Source of the DNA: Lachnospiraceae bacterium
Lineage (GTDB): Bacteria; Bacillota; Clostridia; Lachnospirales; Lachnospiraceae
Length of the DNA: 64,000 bases
Direction of reading: 5' to 3'
NCBI GenBank assembly: GCA_004557975.1
Contig: SFEV01000007.1
Span: 2,514 to 66,513, forward strand
Positions 10,226-20,270 of this stretch are shown piece after piece. The translations under genes and the position numbers were made by a program. Each line of letters begins with the position of its first letter. Within the stretch, counting starts at the first letter, position 1. The notes under the pieces are model-generated. The model had not been told where the DNA came from. It saw only the letters and a list, made by a program, of their open reading frames with translations, and made no database searches.

Positions 10226-11494
10226 ATGCAGAAGGTATATTCAGTCAGTCAGATCAATACTTATATCAGAAATATGTTTACACAGGATTTTGTCCTGAAC
10301 AGGTTGAGCGTCCGGGGAGAAGTGTCCAACTGCAAGTATCACACGTCGGGCCATATTTACTTCTCTTTGAAGGACGCAGGCGGTACCATTTCCTGTATCA
10401 TGTTTGCCGGTGCCAGAAAGGGACTGGCTTTTCGGATGTCTGACGGGCAGCAGGTGGTTGTGGAGGGCAGCGTGAATGTATATGAGCGGGATGGGAAATA
10501 TCAGCTCTATGCCACACGGATCAGGCTGGATGGAGCGGGACTGCTGTATGAACAGTATCTTGCGCTGAAGCAGGAGCTGGAGGAGATGGGAATGTTTGCT
10601 CCGGAGTATAAGCAGCAGATACCGTCTTTTGTGCGGCGGCTCGGTGTCGTGACGGCGCCCACCGGCGCTGCAATCCGCGATATTATCAATATTTCCAGGA
10701 GAAGAAATCCCGGTATTGAAATTATTCTGTATCCGGCGAAGGTGCAGGGGGAAGGTGCTGCAAAGAGCGTGGCGGAAGGCATCCGGGCCCTGGATGAGCT
10801 GGGGCTGGATGTGATCATTGCCGGAAGAGGCGGCGGGTCCATAGAGGATCTGTGGGCATTCAATGAAGAGATTGTTGCGCGCGCGATTTTCGACTGCAGG
10901 ACTCCGATTATTTCTGCTGTGGGACACGAGACAGATACAACGATTGCCGACTTTGTGGCGGATCTGCGTGCTCCGACGCCTTCGGCGGCTGCAGAGCTTG
11001 CTGTGGTGGATGTTTCACAGTTACTTTCGCAGCTCGAAGGATATCGGGCGCGCATGAACCGCATTATGGAATACAGAATTGCTGATGGCAGAATGCGTCT
11101 TGACCAGTATAAAATGCGGCTTCAGTATGCCAGTCCGGGACACCGCATCCGGGAGCAGAGAATGCGGGCCGCGGATCTTGAAGAGCTGTTTGCCAGGGCC
11201 ATGGCGGAGATGCTGCAGGAGAGAAAGCATCAGCTGTCACTTTATATTGAGAAATTCAGGGCAGTCTCACCTCTCGAAAAGCTGTCCAGAGGATATGCCT
11301 GTGTGACGGATGAAACACAGAAAAAGGTGTATTCTGTCAGCCAGGTGGAGAGCGGGCAGCGTGTCCGTATTTACGTTTCGGATGGTGTGATTGATGCGGA
11401 TGTGGTGTCAGCTGAGTACATGGAGACATTGCAGAACACAGGACAGGAACCGCAAAACGCATTGAGCAGAACCGGACGCGTTTTGAACAGGTAA
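10226..11494 (+). CDS. xseA: exodeoxyribonuclease VII large subunit
   Basis: Motifs GEVSN..YHTSGHIYFSLKD, GAAIRD, RGGGSIEDLWAFN, VGHETD and APTPSAAAE. Confidence 0.96.
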   Translation: MQKVYSVSQINTYIRNMFTQDFVLNRLSVRGEVSNCKYHTSGHIYFSLKDAGGTISCIMFAGARKGLAFRMSDGQQVVVEGSVNVYERDGKYQLYATRIRLDGAGLLYEQYLALKQELEEMGMFAPEYKQQIPSFVRRLGVVTAPTGAAIRDIINISRRRNPGIEIILYPAKVQGEGAAKSVAEGIRALDELGLDVIIAGRGGGSIEDLWAFNEEIVARAIFDCRTPIISAVGHETDTTIADFVADLRAPTPSAAAELAVVDVSQLLSQLEGYRARMNRIMEYRIADGRMRLDQYKMRLQYASPGHRIREQRMRAADLEELFARAMAEMLQERKHQLSLYIEKFRAVSPLEKLSRGYACVTDETQKKVYSVSQVESGQRVRIYVSDGVIDADVVSAEYMETLQNTGQEPQNALSRTGRVLNR

Positions 11495-11531
11495 GATGAC
11501 AGAAGAAAAACGCAGGAAAGGAGCCGGAAAT

Positions 11532-11759
11532 ATGTCAGAGATGGAAAAGGAACAGCAGGAGGAGCTGTCTTTGGAGGAAACATTTGCAAAGCTGGATGAG
11601 ATGCTGGAGCGGCTGGAGAACCGCGAACTTCCGCTGGAGGAATCGTTCCGGCTCTATAAAGAAGGAATGGATCTGCTTTGTACGTGTAATAAAAAAATAG
11701 ATACGGTGGAAAAGAAAATACAGATCATGAATGGGGATGGTGAACTTGACGAATTTTGA
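11532..11759 (+). CDS. xseB: exodeoxyribonuclease VII small subunit
   Basis: LEETFAKLDEMLERLE...LEESFRLYKEG; SD AAGGAG; follows xseA. Confidence 0.92.
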   Translation: MSEMEKEQQEELSLEETFAKLDEMLERLENRELPLEESFRLYKEGMDLLCTCNKKIDTVEKKIQIMNGDGELDEF

Positions 11760-12636
11760 CAGTCAGATGAAAAAAAGGGTAACAGAGATCAAGAGCATTA
11801 TCGAAGGCTATCTTCCGGATGAGGAAGGCTTCCAGCGCACGCTTCTGGAGGCGGTCAACTACAGTATGCTGGTGGGGGGAAAGAAGCTTCGGCCCCTTCT
11901 GATGCAGCAGACATACGTCATGTTCGGCGGTACTTCTGCAGTGATCAGACCGTTTATGGCTGCAATGGAAATGATCCATACGCATTCGCTGATTCACGAT
12001 GATCTTCCGGCTATGGATAACGATGAGTATCGCCGGGGGAAAAAGACGACACACGTTGTCTATGGAGAGGCTATGGCGATTCTTGCAGGGGATGCACTGC
12101 TGAATCTGGCGTATGAGACGGCTGCAAAAGCATTTGATATGGAGCCGGGCAATCCGAATATCGGAAAGGCATTCCAGATCCTTACTGGAAAGACAGGACT
12201 CGACGGAATGATTGGAGGTCAGTCTGTCGATGTGGAATTCGTGGATCGTCCTCTCACAGAGGAACAGCTATATTTCATTTACAGACTTAAGACGGGAGCT
12301 TTGATCGAAGCGTCGATGATGATCGGTGCGGTGCTTGCCGGTGCGACTCAGGAGGAGACAGAGAAGGTCGAGCAGATTGCCAAAAATGTCGGTCTGGCAT
12401 TTCAGATACAGGATGATATTCTTGATGTGACGGGAGAGCAGGAGGTACTCGGAAAGCCTGTCAACAGTGATGAGAAGAATAAAAAAACAACGTACGTTAC
12501 GGTGAAAGGGCTGGAACAGGCCAGAGAGGACGTGGCACGCTATTCGGAGGAGGCCATCCGGCTTCTGGAAGAGCTGCCTTATGAGAATGAGTTCCTGCAT
12601 GAGCTGATTCTCAATCTAATACACCGCAGCGCATGA
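11731..12636 (+). CDS. ispA: geranyl/farnesyl diphosphate synthase (start uncertain, 11731-11746)
   Basis: Motifs GGKKLRP, SLIHDDLPAMDND..RRG, KTG and FQIQDD. Confidence 0.93.
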   Translation: MGMVNLTNFDSQMKKRVTEIKSIIEGYLPDEEGFQRTLLEAVNYSMLVGGKKLRPLLMQQTYVMFGGTSAVIRPFMAAMEMIHTHSLIHDDLPAMDNDEYRRGKKTTHVVYGEAMAILAGDALLNLAYETAAKAFDMEPGNPNIGKAFQILTGKTGLDGMIGGQSVDVEFVDRPLTEEQLYFIYRLKTGALIEASMMIGAVLAGATQEETEKVEQIAKNVGLAFQIQDDILDVTGEQEVLGKPVNSDEKNKKTTYVTVKGLEQAREDVARYSEEAIRLLEELPYENEFLHELILNLIHRSA

Positions 12637-12642
12637 TGAAGG

Positions 12643-14514
12643 GTGGCGTTTATTCTGTTAGAGAACATCAGAGAAGCAAACGATATCAAGAAGATAGAGA
12701 AAGAAAAGCTGCCGGAGCTGGCACAGGAGATCAGGGAATTTCTGATTGAAAAGATCAGTGAGAACGGCGGTCATCTCGCCTCAAATCTCGGTGTGGTGGA
12801 ACTTACGATGGCGCTGCATCTTACGTTTGAGCTCCCGCAGGATAAAATTATCTGGGATGTGGGACACCAGTCCTACACACACAAGATTCTGACCGGGAGA
12901 AAGGAAGGATTTGACCAGCTTCGAAAATACGGGGGTATGAGTGGTTTCCCGAAGCGAAAGGAGAGCGATTGTGATGCCTTTGATACGGGTCACAGCTCCA
13001 CCTCCATTTCTGCGGGTATTGGATACGTCTGTGCCAGAGACCTGCAGAAAGAGACGTATTCGGTGATCTCAGTCATCGGAGACGGTGCGCTGACCGGCGG
13101 TATGGCGTATGAGGCACTCAACAATGCCGCACAGCTTACGTCGAATTTTATTATCGTACTGAATGATAACAACATGTCGATTTCGGAGAACGTGGGGGGC
13201 ATCTCTGCGTACCTGAGCAACATCCGGACGGCTGAGTCATATACCGGGCTGAAAAACGGCATAGAGAACACACTGAATAAGATCCCGGTCTACGGGGACA
13301 AGCTGATCCGTGGAATACGAAATACAAAGCAGGGTATCAAACAGTTCTTTGTCCCGGGTATGTTTTTTGAAGAGATGGGGATTACGTATCTCGGTCCGGT
13401 GGACGGGCACAATATTCCTCAGATGCTTCGTGTGCTGCGTGATGCAAAAAAAGTAAACGGACCTGTTCTTGTCCATGTGAATACAAAGAAGGGCAAGGGA
13501 TTCGAACCTGCAGAGAGGATGCCGGCGCGTTTCCACGGAGCTGAGCCTTTTGATCCGGAAACGGGGCTTCCAAATGCCCGCAGGAAAAAGGCGGCGTATA
13601 CCGATGTCTTTTCAACGGTTATGTGCAAGATGGGAGCGCGGGAGCCGAAGCTTGTGGCGATCACGGCGGCTATGCCGGACGGTACGGGGCTGAAGCGGTT
13701 CCGGAATATGTACAGGGACCGGTTTTTCGATGTGGGAATTGCGGAGGCTCATGCTGTTACCTTTGCGGCGGGGCTGGCTGCAGGTGGTATGAAACCTGTG
13801 GTTGCCGTGTATTCTTCATTTTTACAGAGAGCATTTGATCAGGTGATCCATGATGTGTGCATTCAGAACCTTCATGTGGTTTTCGCTGTGGACCGGGCAG
13901 GTCTGGTGGGCAGCGACGGCGAGACGCACCAGGGGATTTTTGACCTGTCGTTTCTGTCTGATATTCCCAATATGTGTGTCATGGCTCCGAAGAACAAGTG
14001 GGAGCTGGCTGATATGCTGAAGTATGCGATTGCTTATGACGGACCGATTGCCCTGCGGTATCCCCGTGGAGAAGCGTATGACGGATTGCAGGAATTCCGT
14101 GCTCCGATCCAGTTCGGAAAGAGTGAGATGATTTATGATGAGTGCGGTCTTGCGCTGGTGGCGGTCGGCAGTATGGTAAAAACGGCGCTGGCTGTGCGGG
14201 ATCTGCTTAAAGAGCTGGGATACAGCTGTACGATTATCAACGCACGCTTCGTGAAACCGTTGGATGAGGAGATGCTTGCATATCTGGCGAAGGATCACAG
14301 ACTTATTGTGACGATGGAGGAAAATGTCAGAAACGGCGGCTTCGGTGAGAAGGTGCTGGAATACTACAGTGATACACAGACGGAGATTCAGGTCATGCAG
14401 ATTGCTCTGCCGGATGACTATATCGAACATGGAAATGTGGATGTGCTGAAGGCGGAAGCTTGTATCGACGCGGAGTCTGTATTCAAGAAGATTGTTGCGT
14501 CATATTTGCCGTGA
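12643..14514 (+). CDS. dxs: 1-deoxy-D-xylulose-5-phosphate synthase
   Basis: Motifs GGHLASNLG, WDVGHQ, GHSSTSIS, GDGALTGG, DRAGLVG.DGETHQG and RYPRG. Confidence 0.97.
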   Translation: MAFILLENIREANDIKKIEKEKLPELAQEIREFLIEKISENGGHLASNLGVVELTMALHLTFELPQDKIIWDVGHQSYTHKILTGRKEGFDQLRKYGGMSGFPKRKESDCDAFDTGHSSTSISAGIGYVCARDLQKETYSVISVIGDGALTGGMAYEALNNAAQLTSNFIIVLNDNNMSISENVGGISAYLSNIRTAESYTGLKNGIENTLNKIPVYGDKLIRGIRNTKQGIKQFFVPGMFFEEMGITYLGPVDGHNIPQMLRVLRDAKKVNGPVLVHVNTKKGKGFEPAERMPARFHGAEPFDPETGLPNARRKKAAYTDVFSTVMCKMGAREPKLVAITAAMPDGTGLKRFRNMYRDRFFDVGIAEAHAVTFAAGLAAGGMKPVVAVYSSFLQRAFDQVIHDVCIQNLHVVFAVDRAGLVGSDGETHQGIFDLSFLSDIPNMCVMAPKNKWELADMLKYAIAYDGPIALRYPRGEAYDGLQEFRAPIQFGKSEMIYDECGLALVAVGSMVKTALAVRDLLKELGYSCTIINARFVKPLDEEMLAYLAKDHRLIVTMEENVRNGGFGEKVLEYYSDTQTEIQVMQIALPDDYIEHGNVDVLKAEACIDAESVFKKIVASYLP

Positions 14515-14651
14515 CGGAATGCGGAATCAGGGTAACTGTACCTGAACAGATACGAATCAGGAAATTAAGAAAAGCCATCAGGGATGGCACGGCGGAATAG
14601 AGAACATGAAAATGCCGGAGAATGACCGGTGTACAGATCTGGAGCAGAAGT

Positions 14652-15512
14652 ATGAAAGAACGTTTGGATGTGCTGCTTGTGGGCCGTGGTCTTGCGTCAT
14701 CGCGGGAGAAGGCAAAGGCAGTGATTATGGCGGGAGATGTCTTTGTCAACGGACAGAGAGAAGACAAGGCCGGGACAATGATTGATGATAAGGCGGAGAT
14801 CACGGTAAAGGGGAGCCAGCTTAAGTATGTCAGCCGCGGCGGACTGAAGCTTGAGAAGGCGATGAGCCATTTTGATCTGACGCCGTCGGGAAAGGTCTGC
14901 ATGGATGTGGGAGCGTCCACAGGAGGGTTTACGGACTGCATGCTGCAAAACGGCGCAGTCAGGGTGTATTCCGTGGATGTGGGACACGGACAGCTTGACT
15001 GGAAGCTGCGCAATGATGACCGGGTGGTATGCATGGAGAAGACAAATATCCGGTATGTGGTGCCGGAGGATATTGAAGAGAGACCGTCCTTTGTATCCAT
15101 TGATGTGTCCTTCATTTCCCTTACGAAGGTGCTTCTCCCGGTGAGAGGGCTGATGACGGAGGATGGAGAGATTGTATGCCTGATTAAACCGCAGTTTGAG
15201 GCCGGAAGGGAAAAGGTAGGGAAGAAAGGCGTGGTGAGAGATCCGCAGGTTCACAGAGAAGTAATCTGCAAGGTCATCGAGTATGCTGCGTCAATCGGAC
15301 TTCAGAGCCTGAATCTGGAGTTTTCACCGATCAAGGGGCCGGAGGGCAACATAGAATATCTGCTGCATCTGAAAAAGCTTCCGGATGTGATCCGGCATGA
15401 TGGAGAGACAGATGAAACTGAGTTCAGCGGACGGACTTTACCGGAAGCTGCGGTTACAATGCAGAAGGTGGAGCAGACTGTTTCTGCGGCACATGAGACG
15501 CTGGATCGTTGA
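14652..15512 (+). CDS. tlyA: TlyA family rRNA methyltransferase
   Basis: S4 domain; motifs YVSRGGLKL, DVGASTGGFTD, DVSFISL, KPQFE and GNIEY. Confidence 0.93.
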   Translation: MKERLDVLLVGRGLASSREKAKAVIMAGDVFVNGQREDKAGTMIDDKAEITVKGSQLKYVSRGGLKLEKAMSHFDLTPSGKVCMDVGASTGGFTDCMLQNGAVRVYSVDVGHGQLDWKLRNDDRVVCMEKTNIRYVVPEDIEERPSFVSIDVSFISLTKVLLPVRGLMTEDGEIVCLIKPQFEAGREKVGKKGVVRDPQVHREVICKVIEYAASIGLQSLNLEFSPIKGPEGNIEYLLHLKKLPDVIRHDGETDETEFSGRTLPEAAVTMQKVEQTVSAAHETLDR

Positions 15513-15694
15513 AAGACAAAGCCTGCAGGAAAATGGAATGGTGCAGACCACAGGGAAATGATACAGAACGCAGAGAATATGGACAATATGGTTGAAATCA
15601 GGCTGCGGGACGTGTGAGGCGGCACAGATTTCCGGAAAAGGGAAGAAAAAAGAGATTCCGATAGGATTCATTGCAATGATACGGAAGATGGGGG

Positions 15695-16561
15695 ATGGCA
15701 GTGGATACATTTTATGTGATATCAAACCAACAGAAGGACCCGGAGCTTGAGACTGCCGGTTTCATCAGGGACTACCTGGAGCGCAAGGGAAAAAAATGCA
15801 TTGTTCAGCAGCGTGAAGAGGGCACTCTTGCAGGAAATTTTAAATACACGGATGCCAAGAGGATTCCGGAAGGGGTCGAATGTGTTCTTGTTCTCGGAGG
15901 AGACGGAACACTTCTTCAGGCTGCCCGCGATCTGGTGGATCGTGCGCTTCCGCTTTTGGGAATCAATATGGGAACGCTGGGGTATCTGGCGGAAATTGAA
16001 CACCGGAATATCCGGCCGGCCCTCGACAAGCTGATAGAGGGAGAGTATTCTGTGGAGTCCAGAATGATGCTCCGTGGTGTTGCGTATCACCAGAAGAGAA
16101 AGCTGCTGAGCGATATTGCACTGAATGATATTGTAATTACGAGAAACGGGCGGCTTAGAGTCGTAGATTTTAATGTATACGTGGATGGTGTATTTCTCAC
16201 CTCCTACACGGCTGATGGAATTATTATTTCCACGCCGACCGGTTCCACAGGCTACAATCTGTCTGTCGGCGGGCCGATTGTGGCTCCGCAGGCGTCACTG
16301 ATGCTGATGACAGCCATTGCGCCCCACACACTGAATTCAAGGCCGATTGTGCTTCCTGAAGATGTGGAAGTCATGATCGAGATCGGATCAAGTCACAGCA
16401 CAGATGTGGACGGTGCGGAGGCAACCTTTGACGGTGACACCTCGGTGAAGCTGAATTCCGGAGATAAGATTGTGATTTCGAAATCCATACAGAAGGCACG
16501 GCTTGTTAAGACAAAAAATACGAGCTTTCTTGAAATTCTCCGGGAAAAAATGAACAGATAA
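15695..16561 (+). CDS. nadK: NAD kinase
   Basis: Motifs GGDGT, GINMGTLGYL, LND and DGIIISTPTGSTGY. Confidence 0.95.
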   Translation: MAVDTFYVISNQQKDPELETAGFIRDYLERKGKKCIVQQREEGTLAGNFKYTDAKRIPEGVECVLVLGGDGTLLQAARDLVDRALPLLGINMGTLGYLAEIEHRNIRPALDKLIEGEYSVESRMMLRGVAYHQKRKLLSDIALNDIVITRNGRLRVVDFNVYVDGVFLTSYTADGIIISTPTGSTGYNLSVGGPIVAPQASLMLMTAIAPHTLNSRPIVLPEDVEVMIEIGSSHSTDVDGAEATFDGDTSVKLNSGDKIVISKSIQKARLVKTKNTSFLEILREKMNR

Positions 16562-16597
16562 CGGTATTCCTGAATTTGACAGAGAGAGGACACGGAT

Positions 16598-17050
16598 ATG
16601 AAGATCGGGAGACATGCGAAAATTGTAGATCTGATTGGAAAATATGATATTGAGACCCAGGAAGAGCTTGCGGAGTATCTGAAGCAGGAAGGATACCGCG
16701 TGACTCAGGCCACCATATCGCGCGATATCAGAGAACTGAAGCTGACAAAGATTGCGACAAATGACGGAAAACAGAAGTACGCGCTGATGCATACGCAGGG
16801 AAGCGGCATGAATGAAAAGTATCTGCGTGTGTTAAAAGACGGATTTGTCTCCATGGATATGGCACAGAATATTCTTGTCGTAAAGACTGTTTCCGGTATG
16901 GCGATGGCTGTGGCGGCTGCTATTGATGCAATGCACTGGTCAGAAGTGGCGGGCTGTATTGCCGGAGATGATACAATCATGTGTGCAATAAGGAGCGTGG
17001 AGGATACAATCTGCGTGATGGATAAAATACACCGGATTATCGGCAGATAG
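16598..17050 (+). CDS. argR: arginine repressor
   Basis: Motifs TQEEL, TQATISRDIREL and GCIAGDDT. Confidence 0.95.
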   Translation: MKIGRHAKIVDLIGKYDIETQEELAEYLKQEGYRVTQATISRDIRELKLTKIATNDGKQKYALMHTQGSGMNEKYLRVLKDGFVSMDMAQNILVVKTVSGMAMAVAAAIDAMHWSEVAGCIAGDDTIMCAIRSVEDTICVMDKIHRIIGR

Positions 17051-17109
17051 ACAGTGCAGAGTGCGCAGACAAAATATGATGCGCAGCGCGGGAGAGAGCA
17101 GGGTAGCAG

Positions 17110-18792
17110 ATGTTAGTAAGTTTACATGTAAAAAATATGGCTCTGATCAAAGAAGTCGAGGTAGAATTCGGCAATGGCCTGAATATCATGACCGGTGAGA
17201 CGGGAGCCGGAAAATCAATTGTGATCGGTGCAGTCAACATAGCTCTTGGGACAGGAAATTTCCGCGATTATGTGCCGGAGGATGCGGACTACGCACTGGT
17301 GGAACTTGTCTTTTCCACTGAGAATCCCCAGGTGCTTTCAAAGCTTGAAAAGCAGGATCTTCCTGTTGACGACGGGGAAGTCATTATTACGAGAAAATAT
17401 AAGGGTGGGCGCAGCGTCAGCAAGATTAATGGTGAGATCGTACCGGTATCCTTTGTGCGGGAACTGGCTGCGGATCTGATTGACATTCACGGTCAGCATG
17501 AGCACCAGTCGCTGCTGTATCCGAAAAACCATCTGGCTATTCTCGATGAATTTGCCAGGGAGGAGCTTCAGGAAAAGCTGCAGCAGTGCAGAATTCAGCA
17601 CAGAGTCTACCAGAAAGCGAAGCGCGAATGGAACGATGCCGGGAAGAATCAGGGAGACCGGGTCAAGGAGCTTGATTTTCTTCAGTTTGAGCTGCAGGAG
17701 ATGGAGGCAGCAGCGCTTTGTCCCGGAGAAGATGAGAAACTGGAAAATGCTTACCGTCTGATGGCAAACGGACAGAAGATCATGGAAGCGCTTTCGGAGA
17801 CAGGGAGCCTGACGGGAGCCAGTGGCTACTCCGGTGCAGGAGATGAGATCAGCCGGGCCGTCAAGGCAATCGGTGCGGTACGATCCTATGATGACGCGCT
17901 GGAAGGGCTTGGCAGCACACTGGATGATATTGAGGATCTGATCAGCGAATTCAACAGGAGCCTGTCAGACTATATGGACGGCTTTGTTTTTGACGAGCAG
18001 GAGCTGCGTCAGACAGAGGAACGGCTGGATCTGATTAACCGCTTAAAGACAAAATATGGAAATTCCATTGAAGAAATTCTGGAATCGGCAAAGCAGAAGG
18101 CAGAACGGATTGAAATTCTTCTCAACTATGAGGATTATCTTCAAAAGCTTCGGGCAGACTATGAGAAATCACGGCGTGCGCTGTTCCAGACAGCGTCGGA
18201 GATTTCAGATATCCGGAAAAAATATGCGAAGCAGCTTTGTGAGCAGATTCGAAATGCACTGATTGATCTGAATTTTCTGGAAGTGCGGTTTGAAATTGTT
18301 TTTCAGCAGATGACGGAGCCATCTGAAAATGGAATAGATGAGATCTGTTTCCAGATTTCCACCAACCCGGGACTGCCGCTTAAGCCTCTGGGAAGTGTCG
18401 CTTCCGGAGGCGAGCTTTCACGAATCATGCTGGCGATCAAGGCGGTGATGGCAGACCGTGATGCAGTTGAGACACTGATTTTTGATGAAATTGATACAGG
18501 AATCAGCGGGCGTACGGCACAGAAGGTATCTGAAAAAATGGCAGTGATTGCCAGAAATCATCAGATTCTCTGCATCACGCATCTGGCACAGATTGCCGCC
18601 ATGGCAGATCAGCATTATATTATTGAGAAGAAACCGGCCAACAGCAAGACAGTCACAAATATCGGAAGATTGTCGGAGAAAGAGAGCGTGGAAGAGCTGG
18701 CGCGTATCCTTGGGGGTGCAAAAATCACGGAGGCTGTGCTGGAGAATGCCCGCGAAATGAAAGAACTGGCAAATCACACAAAAAAATACTAG
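17110..18792 (+). CDS. recN: DNA repair protein RecN
   Basis: Motifs TGETGAGKS, IHGQHEHQ, SGGELSR, FDEIDTGISG and THLAQIA. Confidence 0.96.
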   Translation: MLVSLHVKNMALIKEVEVEFGNGLNIMTGETGAGKSIVIGAVNIALGTGNFRDYVPEDADYALVELVFSTENPQVLSKLEKQDLPVDDGEVIITRKYKGGRSVSKINGEIVPVSFVRELAADLIDIHGQHEHQSLLYPKNHLAILDEFAREELQEKLQQCRIQHRVYQKAKREWNDAGKNQGDRVKELDFLQFELQEMEAAALCPGEDEKLENAYRLMANGQKIMEALSETGSLTGASGYSGAGDEISRAVKAIGAVRSYDDALEGLGSTLDDIEDLISEFNRSLSDYMDGFVFDEQELRQTEERLDLINRLKTKYGNSIEEILESAKQKAERIEILLNYEDYLQKLRADYEKSRRALFQTASEISDIRKKYAKQLCEQIRNALIDLNFLEVRFEIVFQQMTEPSENGIDEICFQISTNPGLPLKPLGSVASGGELSRIMLAIKAVMADRDAVETLIFDEIDTGISGRTAQKVSEKMAVIARNHQILCITHLAQIAAMADQHYIIEKKPANSKTVTNIGRLSEKESVEELARILGGAKITEAVLENAREMKELANHTKKY

Positions 18793-18981
18793 AGTGGATC
18801 GCACCATAAATCCACATACTGAAAGCAGAGACGATAAAACGGACTCTGCTTTCGCTGTGTCAGGACAATCTTCTGCCGGACATCCGCACTTGATCTGTCC
18901 GGATATGAGCAGAGCAGGCGTGTGCAATGAGAATTGCGAAGGTCCGTTTGGCAAAATGAATCCGGGAGTGAGGTGCGGAAG

Positions 18982-20184
18982 ATGAATGTCAGAAAATACA
19001 GAAGATTCGTATGTGTGCTATTGGTACTTGCTGTGATTGGCTTCGGTGCCGGAGCATGGAGTGTATTGAGGGGAATGATTCCGGAAGAAATCCAGGTGTC
19101 GGAAGAGGGAGAAATTCCCTCTCTGTTTCACAATGTCATGGATCACTTTATTGAAAAGAATCCGGTGACGGAGGAAGCACCGGGGAAAGCCGTCTCCTAC
19201 AGTCTGTTCGGCAGAATTCCTCTGAAGACAGTCAGTGTCAGCGTTGTGCCGCGCCGAAGTGTGTTTCTGGGAGGCACGCCGATCGGAATCTATATGGAGA
19301 CAGAGGGCGTGCTGGTCATTGAGACAGGTACAATTACTGCCGGGGACGGGAAAGTGTGCTGTCCGGCAGAAAATATCGTGCAGTCGGGCGATTACATTCA
19401 GGCAGTCAACGGAGAGACAGTCTCCACAAAAGAGGAACTGGTCGCATGCATTTCCAAGTGCGGAGGATCTTCGGTGGTGCTGGATGTAAAGAGGGGCGGG
19501 GAAGCAATCCGGCTGCGCGTAAATCCTGTACAGAATGATAAAGGAGAATACAAAGCAGGAATCTGGGTGCGCAATGACACACAGGGAATCGGGACACTTA
19601 CGTACGTAGATCAGGAGGGACGTTTCGGGGCTCTTGGTCATGGGATCAGTGACATAGATACGGGAGAACTGCTTTGCATCAGCGACGGAGTCCTCTACGA
19701 TGCGGAAGTGGTCTCTGTCATCCGGGGTGAACAGGGCATCCCGGGGGAGCTGTCCGGCATCATCCATTACAGCGAAGGGTACCAGATCGGCGTCATCAGC
19801 GACAACCTGGAAAACGGAATATATGGAACCGTATCAGGATTTCCGTCAATGATTCAGAACCGGGAGATGTATGAGGTGGCGCATAAACAGGAGGTTGAAC
19901 TCGGACCAGCGACTATGTACAGCACCGTGGGAGATACGTGCAGACCGTATCAGATAGAGATCAGGGAGATCCGGCTTAACGGCAAAGATGTCAACAAAGG
20001 GATGATTGTGGAAGTGACAGATGAGGAGCTGCTTGCATTGACGGGAGGCATTGTGCAGGGGATGTCGGGCAGCCCCATCATCCAGGACGGGAAATTGGTC
20101 GGCGCTGTGACGCACGTTCTGGTCAATGACCCGACGAGGGGATATGGGATATTTATCGAAAATATGCTGGATGTGGCGGAGTAG
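18982..20184 (+). CDS. spoIVB: SpoIVB peptidase (S55)
   Basis: PDZ region; motifs GIWVRNDTQGIGTLT, ALGHG, TGGIVQGMSGSPIIQ and GAVTHV; SD GAGGTG. Confidence 0.93.
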   Translation: MNVRKYRRFVCVLLVLAVIGFGAGAWSVLRGMIPEEIQVSEEGEIPSLFHNVMDHFIEKNPVTEEAPGKAVSYSLFGRIPLKTVSVSVVPRRSVFLGGTPIGIYMETEGVLVIETGTITAGDGKVCCPAENIVQSGDYIQAVNGETVSTKEELVACISKCGGSSVVLDVKRGGEAIRLRVNPVQNDKGEYKAGIWVRNDTQGIGTLTYVDQEGRFGALGHGISDIDTGELLCISDGVLYDAEVVSVIRGEQGIPGELSGIIHYSEGYQIGVISDNLENGIYGTVSGFPSMIQNREMYEVAHKQEVELGPATMYSTVGDTCRPYQIEIREIRLNGKDVNKGMIVEVTDEELLALTGGIVQGMSGSPIIQDGKLVGAVTHVLVNDPTRGYGIFIENMLDVAE

Positions 20185-20192
20185 CGTAGCTT

Positions 20193-20251
20193 AAAAACGG
20201 GCAGTCTCTCAGTTGGGATGCGGACAGCACCCGGCGGGAGATTGCCCTTTT
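20193..20251. terminator. bidirectional terminator-like hairpin
   Basis: AAAAACGGGCAGTCTC...GGGAGATTGCCCTTTT between convergent spoIVB and ATP-grasp genes. Confidence 0.7.
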
Positions 20252-20270
20252 GCTTTATAGCAGAATAATT

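Noticed and set aside
15558..15617. Short ORF MIQNAENMDNMVEIRLRDV between tlyA and nadK
   Set aside because: Poorly spaced SD and no motif; cannot be supported without conservation data
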